NCBI RefSeq assembly: GCF_016433145.1
Contig: NC_058130.1
Coordinates: forward strand, 90,590,655 to 90,654,654
Direction of reading: 5' to 3'
From: Gracilinanus agilis
Lineage: Eukaryota
Length of the DNA stretch: 64,000 nt
The position numbers were made by a program, and so were the translations under genes. The notes beneath the pieces are model-generated. The model saw only the letters and a list, made by a program, of their open reading frames with translations, was not told where the DNA came from and made no database searches. Shown piece by piece: positions 37,282 through 57,149 of this stretch. Positions within the stretch are counted from its first letter, which is position 1, and each line of letters opens with the position of its first letter.

Positions 37282-39489
37282 TCTCTCTTCTAGCAAGTCA
37301 TACCCTCTAACAAAGAATTAAAATGAAAGAGAAATAAGAGCTTTTCAATAAAATTAACTGGGAGTCTGACCCCAGAGTCCTCCAATTCTACAAAGAAGGG
37401 GAGTGGTGCCTTTTCTAGAACTATTTGCAGAGCTCTGGACCCAGAAGTACCCTAGATCTCGTTATGATCCTGTTCCAGGGGAAACCTGTATCAAAAGTTT
37501 TTCAAAATCCCAAGTATCTATAGCCATTAATGGATGGGTAATCCCCAGTTGTCATCATATAGAAGGCAAGCAGCTGAGGCAGGAGTTTTCAGGAGAGTAG
37601 GGAGAACGGAGGTTAAGAATAACTCAATTTGTGTAGCTCATTCAAGTTTTTCAAGTGCTCTCCTCACAATAGCCCTGGGAGGTAGATAGTAGGAATCTTG
37701 ACCCAATTTTACAAATGAGGAAACAGACATCAAGGGACTTGATCACAGTCACATAATTACTAAGTTCCAGAAGTAGCATTCAAAGCTAGGGCTAAGGACT
37801 AGACAGGCTGAACACACTGACCACTATACCACAGTCTTTCCCAACAGATTATGGATCTTTGTTGATGTTATAATCAACAGGTTAGACTCCTGACAAAGGA
37901 CTTGATCCCCTGTTTCTGTAGCAGTGATCACAAATGTCCTATTGGATCCATTATAACTGATATGAATAGATAGGATACCATCTAAAACCCTAAAATGTAT
38001 ATATATCACCACTTTTCAGAGGTGGAGCGAGGAGTGCAGACTTTGGATTTCATTAGTGTAAGGCACTCTCATAAAGAAAACTCCCTCTTTTTGTGGATTG
38101 TCGACTCTTCTGGCCTTGTGGTCTAAGATTTATCTGGGGACACTGAAAACTTCAGTGACTTTCCCAGGTTGCAGAGTCAGGATGTACCAGAGGTTAGACT
38201 TAAAATCAGTCTTTCCTGACTCTGAATTAGACTCTCCACTATTGGAGAGGATTTAATGACTGGGAGCCCAGCCAGAGGAGACTGACCAGGAGATCTTTCC
38301 TACAATGATCCATGGAAGGAAATAGGAGTGGAAGAGAAGACCAAGAAAGGGGTGTGAAAGCTGTCTTCAAGTATCTGAAGCGTCATTGTGTGAAACACTG
38401 GTTAGGTTTATTCTGTTTGGTCCCAGAGGACAGGACGAAGAGGAATTGGATGATAATGACAGATATTGGCTGAGTCCAAGAAGGAACTTCCTAATCACTC
38501 TAGCTATGGTATTCCATGGTACCAACTCCATGCCTTTGCTCATATTACTCACACCATCATACATTTATATAGGAATGTACATTTGCAAAGTGCTTTCCGA
38601 ATATTATCACATTTGAGCCTCACAGCAACCCTGGTGGGGTTATTATCCCCATTTTACAAGTGAGGAAACTGAGGCATAGAGAAATTAAGTGACTTGCTCA
38701 GGTCAGGGGCACATAATTAGGAAGTGTCTGAAGAAGGATTCAAACTTAGATGTTTCTGACTCAAGAGTCCAATATTCTATCCACCACTCTTTCCTTTCTA
38801 TCCAAATCTTATTTCTGCTTCAAGGCTTCGCTCAAGTGCCTCTCTCCCTCCATCAAGCCTTCTTTCACCTCTCTGCCTCCTTTGAACTACCACAATAGCT
38901 TGTTTGTCTCACTCGTATCTTGCTCCTTAAGGGAAGGGACTTTTTATTTATTTATTTCTCTATCTAGCTATTTAGATATTTATGTCTATTTCTTTGTTTG
39001 TTAATGATGTGTGCATTTCAAGACCACCTAGCACAGTGCTCATGGTAGGTGTTTTAAAAAAGTTTTTTAGAATGAGAGGGTAGGAAACAAAACCAATTAG
39101 CAATGTCCCAAGATGGGAACATTGGGAGGTGGGTGTTATGGAAAGGCGAGGAGGAAATAAGAGACCATCTAATCAAACCTGTCCATGACCCAGAATTAGG
39201 GATGATGAAGAACCTCTTCTAACTGAGATTCTGGACTCTGACCTTTCAACCTAGACCTCTAAACATTGGGATTATTCTACTCTAGCAGATGCCCCAAAGT
39301 ATGAACTCTCCAAGTTTTACTTTGGCAAGATAGTCCTGTTTAGAATTAATCTTATCATGGTTGTTCCTGAGACAGATAATTGAGAGCTACTGGAAATCAC
39401 CCTTTCTCCCTGGGTTCTCCAGAAGCCCAAGTACATTGTTGGCCTCCCAAATGCCACAAAGGGCACCTAGAGTTTGCTGCTTTTTTTTT

Positions 39490-39686
39490 TATTTAAACCC
39501 CTACCTTCCATCTTGGAATCAATACTGTGTATTGGTTCCAAGGCAGAAGAGTGGTAAGGACTAGGCAATGGGGGTTAAGTGACTTGCCCAGGGTCACACG
39601 GCTGGGAAGTGTCTGAGGCCAGATTTGAACCTAGGACCTCCCATCTCTAGGCCTGGCTCTCAATCCACTGAGCTACCCAGCTGCCC
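39490..39686 (-). mobile_element. Young antisense tRNA/CORE SINE; similar copies at 17880-18075, 18840-19015, 42110-42305, 54010-54225, 60200-60395, 62795-63000
   Basis: Reverse complement of the SINE consensus seen at 40529. Confidence 0.85.
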
Positions 39687-40089
39687 TCTGCTGCTTTTTA
39701 TTGACTGAACACTCTCTTATCAGTTGGACCCACTGGTATAGCCCTCTAATATTGTTCAACCCATTTTATAGATAGAGAAAACCGAGGTCCAAGAAAGAGG
39801 TTAAAGCTTTCAAGGGACCTCTAAAATCTTTTCATATCCATTGTCTTTATTTCAGCCTCACAACAACCCCTTTGAGGTAGACATTATAATAATAATTATT
39901 ATTGTTTCCATTTTCATTTTTAAATGAAGAAATGGGCTCAGATAGGCATAGTAAACTCCACAGCTAAGTTCAACAAGCCTTTATTAAGCGTTTGCTTTGT
40001 ACCTAGTTTTGTACCAGGCACCATGGATAAGAAGATGGAAATGACATAGTCTTTGCCCTCAAAGAGCCCATAGTCTAAAAGGAAGAACG

Positions 40090-40092
<3 letters not shown>

Positions 40093-40142
<50 letters not shown>
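40093..40142. repeat. (AC)25 microsatellite
   Basis: Direct read. Confidence 0.97.
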
Positions 40143-40145
<3 letters not shown>

Positions 40146-40305
40146 TAAATGTGACATGTAGAATGTGAAATGGCCAGAGAATATCCAGTGAGGGAAATGG
40201 GTAAATAAATGGCCAAAGCCCAGGTCTATGCTTTTGGTTCTATCTCAATAAAGTATGTTCTATGCCAGGGAAGGAGAGATTTTGGAGATTAAAAATCAAT
40301 CAGGG

Positions 40306-40920
40306 GGGGCAGCTGGGTAGCTCAGTGGAGTGAGAGTCAGGCCTAGAGACAGGAGGTCCTAGGTTCAAACCCGGCCTCAGCCACTTCCCAGCTGTGTGAC
40401 CCTGGGCAAGTCACTGGACCCCCATTGCCCACCCTTACCAATCTTCCGCCTATGAGACAATACACCGAAGTACAAGGGTTTAAAAAAAAATTAAAAAAAT
40501 GTTTAAAAAAAAAAAATCAATCAGGGCAGGGGCAGCTGGGTAGCTCAGTGGATTGAGAGCCATGCCTAGAGACGGGAGGTCCTAGGTTCAAATCCGGCCT
40601 CAGACACTTCCCTGCTGTGTGACCCTGGGCAAGTCACTTGACCCCCATTGCCTACCCTTACCACTCTTCCACCTATAAGTCAATACACAGAAGTTAAGGT
40701 TTAAAATTAAAAAAAAAAATCAATCAGGGCAGCTCGGCAGTTCAGTCGCTAGATAGACTTGGAGACGGGAGGTCCTGGGTTCATATGTGGCCTGAGACAC
40801 TTCTAGCTGTATGACCCTGGGCAAGTCACTTACCCCAACATTGCCTAGCCCTTACTCTTCTTTTCCCTTGAAAAATGATACTTAGTATTGATTCTAGACA
40901 GAAGGTAAGAGTTTTTTAAA
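40306..40920 (+). mobile_element. Three head-to-tail tRNA/CORE SINEs (40306-40511, 40529-40714, older 40727-40920)
   Basis: GGGGCAGCTGGGTAGCTCAGTGG heads with B-box-like GGTTCAAA; shared TSD AAAAATCAATCAGGG(CA) at 40291, 40512 and 40715. Confidence 0.92.
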
Positions 40921-42966
40921 ATCAAATCATTCAACTTGAAGAATGAGGGAAAGGTAATAGCATTTATTAAGCACCTGCTATGTGCCAGGGACTAATTACT
41001 CCTACAAATATTATCTCATTGTGTTTATATGTATTATTTTTCAGATGTATATAGATACTGCTATAATTAATAAAATTGAATTTTTATGTTAGAATCTAAT
41101 GAGGATCTGTTCCAAGGCAGGAGAGTGGTAAGGGCTAGGCAACTGGGGTTGAGTGACTTGCCCAGGGTCACACAGCTAATAAATGTCTCAGAGAAAAAAA
41201 ACAGTTATTATCTCCATTTTACAATTGAGTAAAATGAAGCAGACAGAGGTGAACTGACTTGTTCCAGGGTCACATATCTAGTAAGTGTCCAAGGCTGGAT
41301 TTGAACTTAGATCTGGACTAGCACTCTGTCTATTGTACCACTCAGATGCCTCTGATTAAAATGAAATCCCTACTCTCCAAGAATTTATATTCCAATGGAG
41401 GTAGCAAGTACATATCTAAGCATATACAAGAATAAATGTAAAGAGAATAAAGACAAATAAATTGAAAAATATTAAATACAGGTCAGGAAGCCATTTAGGA
41501 AGAAACAGCTGGGAGGCTCAGGAAAGGCCTCATCAAGAAGGGGGTATGGTATGTAAGCTGCATCTTGAAGGAAGAGAAGGCTTTTATTAGGTGGAAGTGA
41601 GGAGGGAGTGCATTCCAGGCATGGAGGATGAACAATACAAAAGACATGTGTGCGAGGAAGAGAGCAAGAGGGCCAGTTTGGGGAGAGCAGTGGGCAGGAG
41701 GATGAGTAGTGTGCAACCAGGCTGGAAAGCTAGGCCTTCTCCCTTCTGACCAACTATGGGGAATAGTCTCCAAATCTTTCATTCTCTAAACATCTTAAGG
41801 TGTTTCCCCTACTCCCATCCAGAACCAATTGGCCTTTCCCTAGGAGATGAGGGTATAAGAGAGACTCAGGACCTTGCTTCTTCCTTTCTCTTGGGAAAAG
41901 GTACTCAGGAAGGATTCTCTTCACACTAGACCATATGTTGCTTACTTCTGAGGTTCTTTCCATAGGCTAAGTTATCCCAGCAAGAGGGGGATCAGATATG
42001 GAAGTAGGGAGGGAGAATAGTTTCCACCTTAGTGGAAGGAGAATGAGGGCTATACTACTGGCTCTCCTAGCAACTTTTTTTCCTTTTCTATTTCTATTTC
42101 TCTCTCTTTTTTTAAACCCTTACCTTCCACCTTAGAATCAATAATATGTATTGGTTTTAAGGCAGAAAGCTGGTAAGGGCTAGGCAATGAGGGTTGTGAC
42201 TTGCCCAGGGTCACACAGCTAGGAAGTGTCTGAGACCAAATTTGAACCTAGGACCTTCCATCTCTAGGCCTGGCTCTCAATCCACTGAGCTGCCTAGCTA
42301 CCCTCTCCTAACTACTTAAAAAAAATACCCTTCCTTTTTATCTTTGTAATAGCTCCAAGATAGAAGGGCCAAGGGCTATGCAAACAGGGTTTAGTGACTT
42401 GCCTAGCTAGACTAGTCATGCAGCTAGGAAGGGTCTGGAACCCAGGTTCTCCTGACTGCAGGCCAGGTCCACTCTCCACTGAGCCACCCTAACTCTAGGA
42501 CCCCTAAGTTTAAGAAAAGGTGCTTTTCTGCATTGGAAAATGAAAATCTTCACTGCAGATTTTCTCTGTCAATGAAATTGTAGGTCAGGTAAAAAAAATG
42601 TATTATGTATTTATATCCCATGCAACAATTCAAATATTTATCAAAGGTATCTTGTGTACAGAGGCTGGGAGAAATGCCCATTTTAGAGAAGACTATCTAT
42701 GAGGTTAGCCTGGTATTTGCTCTCTTAGTGTAAACTGAGGTTGGGTCTGACACACCAGGTGGCACCTTGTACTGAACCATTCACAAAAAGCTGTTTTAAA
42801 AGGTGACCTTGTCTTATTCAATAGATTTGTTCCTGAAAAAGTTGCATATAAATAAAATTTATGTAAATCAAATCCTATTTTAAACATTCCTTTAAAAAAG
42901 CCTGGGTGTGGCCTATTCGGAAGCATCTCTGACTTCAGAGGCCTCAGTTTGAATGTTGACTCAGCT

Positions 42967-43270
42967 ACCCTATCCAACAGGGGCCCTGCTACCCACCAGG
43001 ACCTCTCAGGGGCTCTGCAGCCTGTTAGCACTTCTCAGGGATTCCACTATCCACCAGTACTTATCAGAGACTCTGCTATCTGCCAGTACCTCTCAGGGGC
43101 CCCATTACCCACCAGCACCTCTCAGGGTCCCCCTTATCTGCCAGCACCTCTCAGGGGCCCCATTACCCACCAGCACTTCTTAGGGGCCCTGCTACCCACC
43201 AGCACCTCTCAGGGGCCCCTCTACCCTCTAGCACCATTAAGGGGCTCTGCAGCCTGCCAGCACCTCTCTC
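42967..43270. repeat. 29-bp GC-rich minisatellite, ~10.5 diverged copies
   Basis: Units start at 42996, 43025, 43054, 43083, 43112, 43141, 43170, 43199, 43228 and 43257; consensus ~CCAGCACCTCTCAGGGGCCCCRCTACCCA. Confidence 0.92.
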
Positions 43271-44616
43271 TCTCTGGGCTCTGTTTCCTCACTTGTAAAT
43301 GAGGGCATTGGACTTATATGATCTCTGAGGTCCCTTCCACATCTAAAATCTGTGATCTAAATCCAGACAGAAACAAATCCTGTAAATTAAAGGGCCTGTA
43401 TTATAGCAAAGCCTTTCTAGAAAAGAAGAACCAAGGCCCAATTTCCTTGCTTTGTAAATTTGGATGAAAAAATCTGCAGGTTTTTTCACTCAGGGCTCAA
43501 TGGTACAGATTTCTGGATGGCATTTGGGGCTTAGCTGCCATTGGTGTGGGTGGCAGCCGTAGGACTAGGTCTCTGTGGACAGAGGCAGGGAGGAATGTGC
43601 CCAGCCTAGGCAGGTACTGGGTTCAGGGAAGGAGGTAGTATATTTGAACCAGTCTCTAAGTCAAAAATACCTCAAGTCAGACTTCTGGGTTGGGAGTTAC
43701 CAATTCCTATTTCTGGGCTCTGCCCAGCCTCAACCTGGCATAGAGAACACACTTTTCAGAATTAGCATGTTGCTCAGAGAAAAACCGTGCTGTAGTCAAA
43801 AGTGGCCTTGGAGTGTGGGGCAGCCGGGTAGCTCAGTGGATTGAGAACCAGGCCTAGAGACAGGAGGTCCTAGGTTCAATTCTAGCATTGTGTGACCCTG
43901 GGCAAGTCATTTAGCCGTTACTTAACCCTTAGCATTCTTCTGCCTTGGAACCAATACACAGTATTGATTCTAAGACGAAGGTCAGAGTTTTTAAAAAATG
44001 GCCTTTGAGTCAGGAGATCTGGGTTCAAATCCACACTCAGACACTTATTAACTCTGTGACCTGGGTTTGTTCCTTGACTTTTCTGAGTATCAGTTATAAA
44101 AATGGAGATGATAATATTTACTTGACCTACCTTACAAGGTTGTTGTTTTTTTAGGAGAAAGCTTTGCAAAGCTTAAAGTGCTACAGAAATGGAGTCTATT
44201 ATTATTATAGAACAAATGGTGGAGCAGTCCTAGCCCAGAGAGCTAGAAGAAAAGCAATTAGAGTTCTAAGATTGGGAGGCATCTCAATTTTGTCTGGACA
44301 ACCATGAATTGTCATCAAGAGATTGACTATGGGATCTGTGGAGTTACCCATGCTTGAACCCTGTCCTCAGAAAAAAACTATACTTTTAGGGTATCTAGGT
44401 ATAGAGATGGGAGGTCCTGGGTTCAAACCTGGTCTCAGACACTTCCTAGCCATATGACCCTGGGCAAGTCACTTAACTCCAATTGCTTAGCCTTTACCAT
44501 TCTTTTGCTTTGGAACCAATACTTTGTATTGATTCTAAGGTGGAAGGTAAGGGCTTTTAAAGGAAAAAAGAAAAGAAAAATCACACATTTGTCCTTCCTA
44601 CAGACCGGACCTGGCA

Positions 44617-51149
<6,533 letters not shown>

Positions 51150-51169
51150 GCCGGGCAGGGGGTTGGGGG

Positions 51170-51517
51170 NNNNNNNNNNNNNNNNNNNNNNNNNNNNNNN
51201 NNNNNNNNNNNNNNNNNNNNNNNNNNNNNNNNNNNNNNNNNNNNNNNNNNNNNNNNNNNNNNNNNNNNNNNNNNNNNNNNNNNNNNNNNNNNNNNNNNNN
51301 NNNNNNNNNNNNNNNNNNNNNNNNNNNNNNNNNNNNNNNNNNNNNNNNNNNNNNNNNNNNNNNNNNNNNNNNNNNNNNNNNNNNNNNNNNNNNNNNNNNN
51401 NNNNNNNNNNNNNNNNNNNNNNNNNNNNNNNNNNNNNNNNNNNNNNNNNNNNNNNNNNNNNNNNNNNNNNNNNNNNNNNNNNNNNNNNNNNNNNNNNNNN
51501 NNNNNNNNNNNNNNNNN
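51170..51517. other. Assembly gap (348 N) at the start of the CAMKV 3' UTR
   Basis: N run flanked by G tracts. Confidence 1.
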
Positions 51518-53153
51518 NGGGGGTTGGGGTGGGGGGGAGGGTGAAGGGGTGGGTGGGCATGGGGGAGGGTCTCACTGTACATAGAGTCACTGGCATGACA
51601 ACCCCTGTTTCTTGAAAGGGCCACAGCCTGGCCATGCCATGCGGCAGCCTGTGGTCAGGGATGTGGCCTGTCCCCCCTCCCCTGTGGAGTGGATCCCTAG
51701 GGGCTACAAGAGAGCTGTCGCTTCCTCTGTATGTGCGAGTGGGTGGGGGAGGCCCCGGCTGGCCCCAGCCCCTGCATGGACTTTTTTGTGGCTTTTTTTG
51801 TCTTTTGCTGACTTCTTTTTCTGTTCCTTGCTGGACATTGCTCTAGGAACACTGCACCCCCCCAGTCCCTTCCCCTCTTCCCTTGGGGTTCCCCCAGGCC
51901 CCACAGGTCTTGTCCACTCCCAGGTCCTAGCCTTTGGCGGGGGAGGCTTCCCCTGAGAGCTGGTCATGTGATGAGGCTGTGGAATGAGAGATCAAGGCGA
52001 CCCCCTCAGCCTCTCTGGTGAATGTAGGGTTCCCCCTTTGCACATGGAAGGGAAGGTTAGGGGGTAGGAAGCAACAGAAGCCTTGGTACAGGGTATTTAG
52101 GAGCGCAGAGTGCAAAGCAAGCAATCCTGTCTACTACCCTCCGTGCCCCAAGAAATTAGAAAAAAGGGGGGGAATGAGGTAGAAAATGTGGAACAGCAAT
52201 GGGTATACAGAAGGAGGCTGTTCTAACTTAACTTTCACCCTGGCCTCCTTGGAAATCTTTGCCATCCTTGCTTCTAAGTCTCATCCTCCCAGACTCCTGA
52301 GAGCTTTGAAGCAATCCTGAAAAATGCCCCAGTGGGCCAAGGGATCAAGAGAATAACACTGGATTGGGCAGCTAAATTGGATTGAGAAGCACCAGGGATG
52401 GCTTGAGTTGAGGCCTGAACCCTCATCATGGGAATGAGCAGAAAGGCTGAAGAGGGGAAAGAGGGATGGATTGGAGGGGTGAGGCCAGAAGGAGGGGCCA
52501 GGTGCTATGGCCTCTGTACTGTGGTCAGCCTGAGCCCTGCAAGAGAGCAGGGGCGGAAGTTCAGTAGGTCTCCAAAAGTCCCATTTGTTCCAGCCTAGCC
52601 CCCTTCTCTCCTTCCAGGCTGCCAACCCACTACCCAAACCTGGTAGTACCCACAGTATATTGATTTCCTATTGTTTCTATATTTTGGGGATCTGCCTCTT
52701 CTTGAATTGATTTCTGGATTACCCATTTCACCAACAATATGGAGGTAGAAAAATTCAGTGTTCTTTAGTCCTGTCCCGTCCCCCACTAGGGCTTGGAGGG
52801 AGGTCTAGAATACAACACCTTGCTAACCTTACAGGGGTCCTGGAGAAATCCCAAGTTTCTTTTTCTGAAAGAGGAGAATGTGGGCTAGGTTCTATTTTGT
52901 CCCTCACTCTAAGGAGATAAAGATCAAGGAAAGAAACTTGGCAGGTACCCTTTGTAAGAACCTGCTGCTAAGGGCAGGGGCAGCTATGCCAGCCCCCTGC
53001 CCCAATGTCCCTACCCCAGGCTGTGTCAGGCTTCCTGCCCCCGCCTGAGGGTTTCTGCAATGGTTGTGCCCCAGCTCCCCCTGCATGCCCGTGGGTTTGC
53101 TGTGGCGTGCAGAGGCCAGAAGCGCTAGACCGCGCGTCTTGCTGTAACTGGCA

Positions 53154-53159
53154 AATAAA
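53154..53159 (+). terminator. CAMKV: Probable CAMKV poly(A) signal AATAAA
   Basis: Canonical hexamer at the end of ~2 kb of repeat-free 3' UTR-like sequence; SINEs resume from ~53480. Confidence 0.7.
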
Positions 53160-56100
53160 TGTCACCCTGCCAAAGCCTCCTGCCCACCTGCCTCACTCTG
53201 TCCCACCGCGCCGCCCCAACCTGAGGCCTGGCCCCCGGGTTCCATTTCAGCATTCAAACAGAATTGGGGTACTCCAACAGGCAATGGGGTAAGCTCATCT
53301 TACTGTACTTTTTAAGCTCAGAGAAGAAAGGCATCATCAGTGTCCTGGATCCCTACTAACTCTATCCATCACCCTGACATTATCAGAATTTGGTTAATTT
53401 GTGTCATGGAGACCACCCCGCGCTAAAGCTAGTATTTTAAATATTCTCCTTTCTCTTTGCCCAAAAGTTTCTGTGTTGGGGACAGCTAGGTGGCCCAGTG
53501 AATTGAGAAGTAGGCCCAGAAATGGGAGGTGCTGGGTTCAAATCTACCCTCAGATACTTCCTAGCTGTGTGATCCTGGGCAAGTTACTTAACCCGCATTG
53601 ACTATCCCTTAGTGCTCTTCTGCCACTTGTACTGTTTCTAAGATGGAAAGTAAGAGTTTTTAAAAGAAGTTTCTGTGCATTAGAGAACCATCTTAATGTA
53701 GGAATTAGGCTCATGGGGCAAGGTGCAATGAATGGTATTAGGTAAGCTTTTCCTTATGCTATTTGATAGATGATAGGGTCAAATCAAAGGATTGCAATGA
53801 TAGGATCAGATAAAAGAATTGCTTTAGGGAAGCCCATACAGATTTTTGACTCATGAGTTGCTTCTTCATCCTGATCAGTTCTCTTGGCTCCCATCCCACA
53901 CCCCTCTAGGTCAGTTAGTCAAAAAGCATTTATTATGGGCCAGGAACCATTGTAAGCACTGGCCATACAAACACAGAAACAATTCCTGTCTTCAAGGAGC
54001 TCAGCTTTTTATTTTTAAGAATCCTTACCTTCCATTTTAAAAATCAATACTGTGTAAGGATTCCAAGAATCCTTCCAAGACGGAAGGGTGGTAAGGGCTA
54101 AGCATTTGGGGTCAAGTGACTTGCCCAGGGTTATACAGCTAGGAAGTGTCTAAGGTCAGCTTTGAACTCAGGATCCCTTTTCTCTAGACCTGGCTCTCAA
54201 TTCACTGAGCCACCTAGCTGGCCCATGGAGCTCACCTTCTAGTGGGGAAGACAACATGTAAATTTGTAGGTATAGACAAGATCTTTGCCAAGTAGGAGGA
54301 AGATAGTCAAAGAGAGGAAGACCTGTAGAAGGTAGGGCTTAAGCTAAGCCTGGAAAGCCAGGGAAGCTAAAAGGTGGAGGCGAGGATGGATTTTATTTCA
54401 GGCAGTGCGAAGGCACTGAGAAAGATGGAGAATTGTGTTTAAGGATAGGTAAGCGGGCTACCCTCACTGCTGAATTTTGGCTATGTCAGCTTATGGGTTA
54501 AGGTAAACTTGGACCACAGAAGTGGGGATAACATAGTTCATTGAAGTGCTGAACTGGGCCACGATTCTATGTTACATCTCTATTGAAAATGAAAATGAAG
54601 CCCATGACCCATGCCAGGAAACTTTCTTCTCTACCTATGCTGTGCATTCTTTCTCAAACAGGATCTTGAGCGGTTTTGTCTGATGCATTTGTTAGGGCTA
54701 TGTTAGCATCCAGGGTCATAGGTTGTTAAAAATGGGGAAAGGATGTGTTGGCTTTAAACTTAATCTCCTGTTAGAGTTATTCCTCTTTCAAATCAATCTG
54801 GGTCTCCTTGGTGTTTCAGACCCTGAGAGGGAAATTCCAACAGCATAACTGAAGCTAGAGACTAGAAGAGAAGGAGAAGAAGGAGATCATGGCAGTATCC
54901 CAGATAACCTGACAAGGAATTTTGCCTCTCCTGGGCATCATTTTCTTCATCACTAAAATGAGGAAAGCTGGACTAGATCATTAAGGTCTCTTCAAGCTCT
55001 ACATCTTAGACCTGTTGTATCCTCAAAGACGTGTATTGAAACTTTAGCATTCCTGTCCCCTGCAGGGGCTCCATAATTCTTGTGCTATAGAGGGTCAGTA
55101 GCCTAAGACTTTGTGGGCTCAAGACTCATAAAAGGTTTAGGAACACCTAGAACAGAACTATCCTCCTGGAAAATGATAGCCTGCTGACTGGATAGGTAGG
55201 GTTAGCCCTCTAGTCTCAGTTTACCAATTCAATTCCATTCAGTTGAGCATTGACTAAATTAAGCATTTATAATTAATAAGCAAGTTCTTCATGCTATGGG
55301 ACCAATTCTTCCCAGAAGCCTCTCACTTTTCCCTCAAATTTTCTTCCTGGAGGTATCACACACAACCAAACCTAACGTACTGGTTTAGTGGCTTGGTCCA
55401 ATAGAGACAATAGGTCTCTGAATCACAGACAGCCTAGCTATAAACATGTTCCTGACCAGCCTGAAGAAGGAAGGAAGGGCATGATATTCCCACTGGCTGG
55501 GATCCATGTCTGTTCCAAATGTCTTTCCTCAAAGAGCACTGATTTGGGCACATAGCTTTTCCTCTCTACTATCAAGGAGTTAACTAGATTTTGCTAAGTG
55601 GGGGAGTGCCTACACTCAAGCCTTGAGTACCTTGTAGGGAGGAGGTCAGTTGTTGAACTTAATTCAAGTGATTGGTCTTTAGACTTTCCACCATCTTCAT
55701 GCAATTATTAAGTACCTATGTAGTGTCCAGCAGACAGGTAGGTGGTGAAGTGGATAGAATTCAGGGTCTAGAATCAGGGAGACTCATCTTCCTGAGTTCA
55801 AATCTGGCCTCAGATACTTGCTAGCTGTGTAACCTTTGGAAAAGTCACTTAACCTTGTTTGCCTCAGTTTCCTTATGGGAAAAACAGAGGGCAAACCACT
55901 CCAGTATCTTTGCCAAGAAAACCCCAAATATCACAGAGTCTACTGAAATGTCTAAGTAGCAAAAGGAGTCAGGCCCTGGGGATACAAAGAAAAGCAAAAA
56001 ACAAAATAGTCACTGCTCTCAAGGATCTCACAATATCATGGGATAAAACCTATATAAAAAAGAAAAACTGTCCCAGGTCATCAGCTGAGGCAAGGCTGGA

Positions 56101-56387
56101 CATGTCAGATTGAGGCCCCTATCGATACAGAATACAGAAGCCCTTAGGTTCGAGGTAAATGGAAGGAAGGAAGGAAGGAAAGAGATAAGCATGTCAGAGC
56201 TGGAAGGAAGGAAGGAAAGAGAGAAACATGTCAGAGCTGGAAGGAAACCTGGGCACAATTTAGGCCAACTTCTTTATTTCACAGATGGAAAAAGTGGGGC
56301 CCTTAGAGGAGAGGTGACTGGTCCAAAAGTTACGCAGAATTAGAATCCCAGTCCTCTTTTCCCTGGATGCCTCCCTACCCCCTAGGA

Positions 56388-56713
56388 TGGTGATGGCAAA
56401 CCTATGACATGTGTGTCAGCAATGACACAGCCATTTTCAATGACATGTGGCCACATGCAGTATGGGGCTGCATGCTGAGGATGAAACATTTGCTGTAGTG
56501 TAGTGTACATACTGCACTATAGATGACACTTCTAACTATATTAATTTACCTATTTTGGTTTATTAAATAGTTATATATTACAATTACACATTTTTGTTAA
56601 ACTATAAATATCGCGAAATTATGTTTTTTTTTCTCAAAGTGACACGCCACCCAAGTTATACTCTGTTTTTGGCAAATTTTGACACACCAAGGTCAAAAGG
56701 TTGCCCATCACTG
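56388..56713 (+). mobile_element. 326-bp hAT MITE, OposCharlie1 (OC1)-like
   Basis: Imperfect 16-bp TIRs TGGTGATGGCAAACCT and AGGTTGCCCATCACTG; subterminal TGACAC motifs; CTAG in the left flank, but the 8-bp TSD is poorly matched. Confidence 0.7.
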
Positions 56714-57149
56714 GGCTGGACAGTGGGGAGTTAAGTGACTTGCCCAGGGTCACACAGCTAGGAAGTGTCTGAGGCTAGATTTGAACCCAAGACCTCCCAT
56801 CTTTAGGCGTGGCACTCTATTCACTGTGCCACCCAGCTGCCCCAGACAAGCCCAATGTGACACAGACAGAAAGCAGCAGAATGAGAATCCCAGCCCAGGT
56901 TTTTCATCTCTAAGTCCAGATCTCTTTCCTCTGGACCCCCCCCACCCCCGCCAAGAATTTAGTGACACTTGGGGAGCATCTCCTTCCCGTTTCAGATGAG
57001 GAAACTGAGGCCCAGAGAGAGAAAAGGAGTTGCCCAAGGGAAGTCAAAGGGAGGAAAGGAAAGGGCGAAGGATAGAGCTAAATTGCTCAAATCAGGAACT
57101 AAGCCGCTGCAACTGGCACAAGAGCTGTCCAGGGGCAGCTGGAGCCCAG

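Noticed and set aside
42949-43302. ORFs of 117 and 76 aa, and a CRISPR-like appearance
   Set aside because: Tandem 29-bp units with no unique spacers in a vertebrate genome; this is a minisatellite.
57121-57141. Second RE1-like site (GAGCTGTCC) near TRAIP
   Set aside because: Only one half-site matches.
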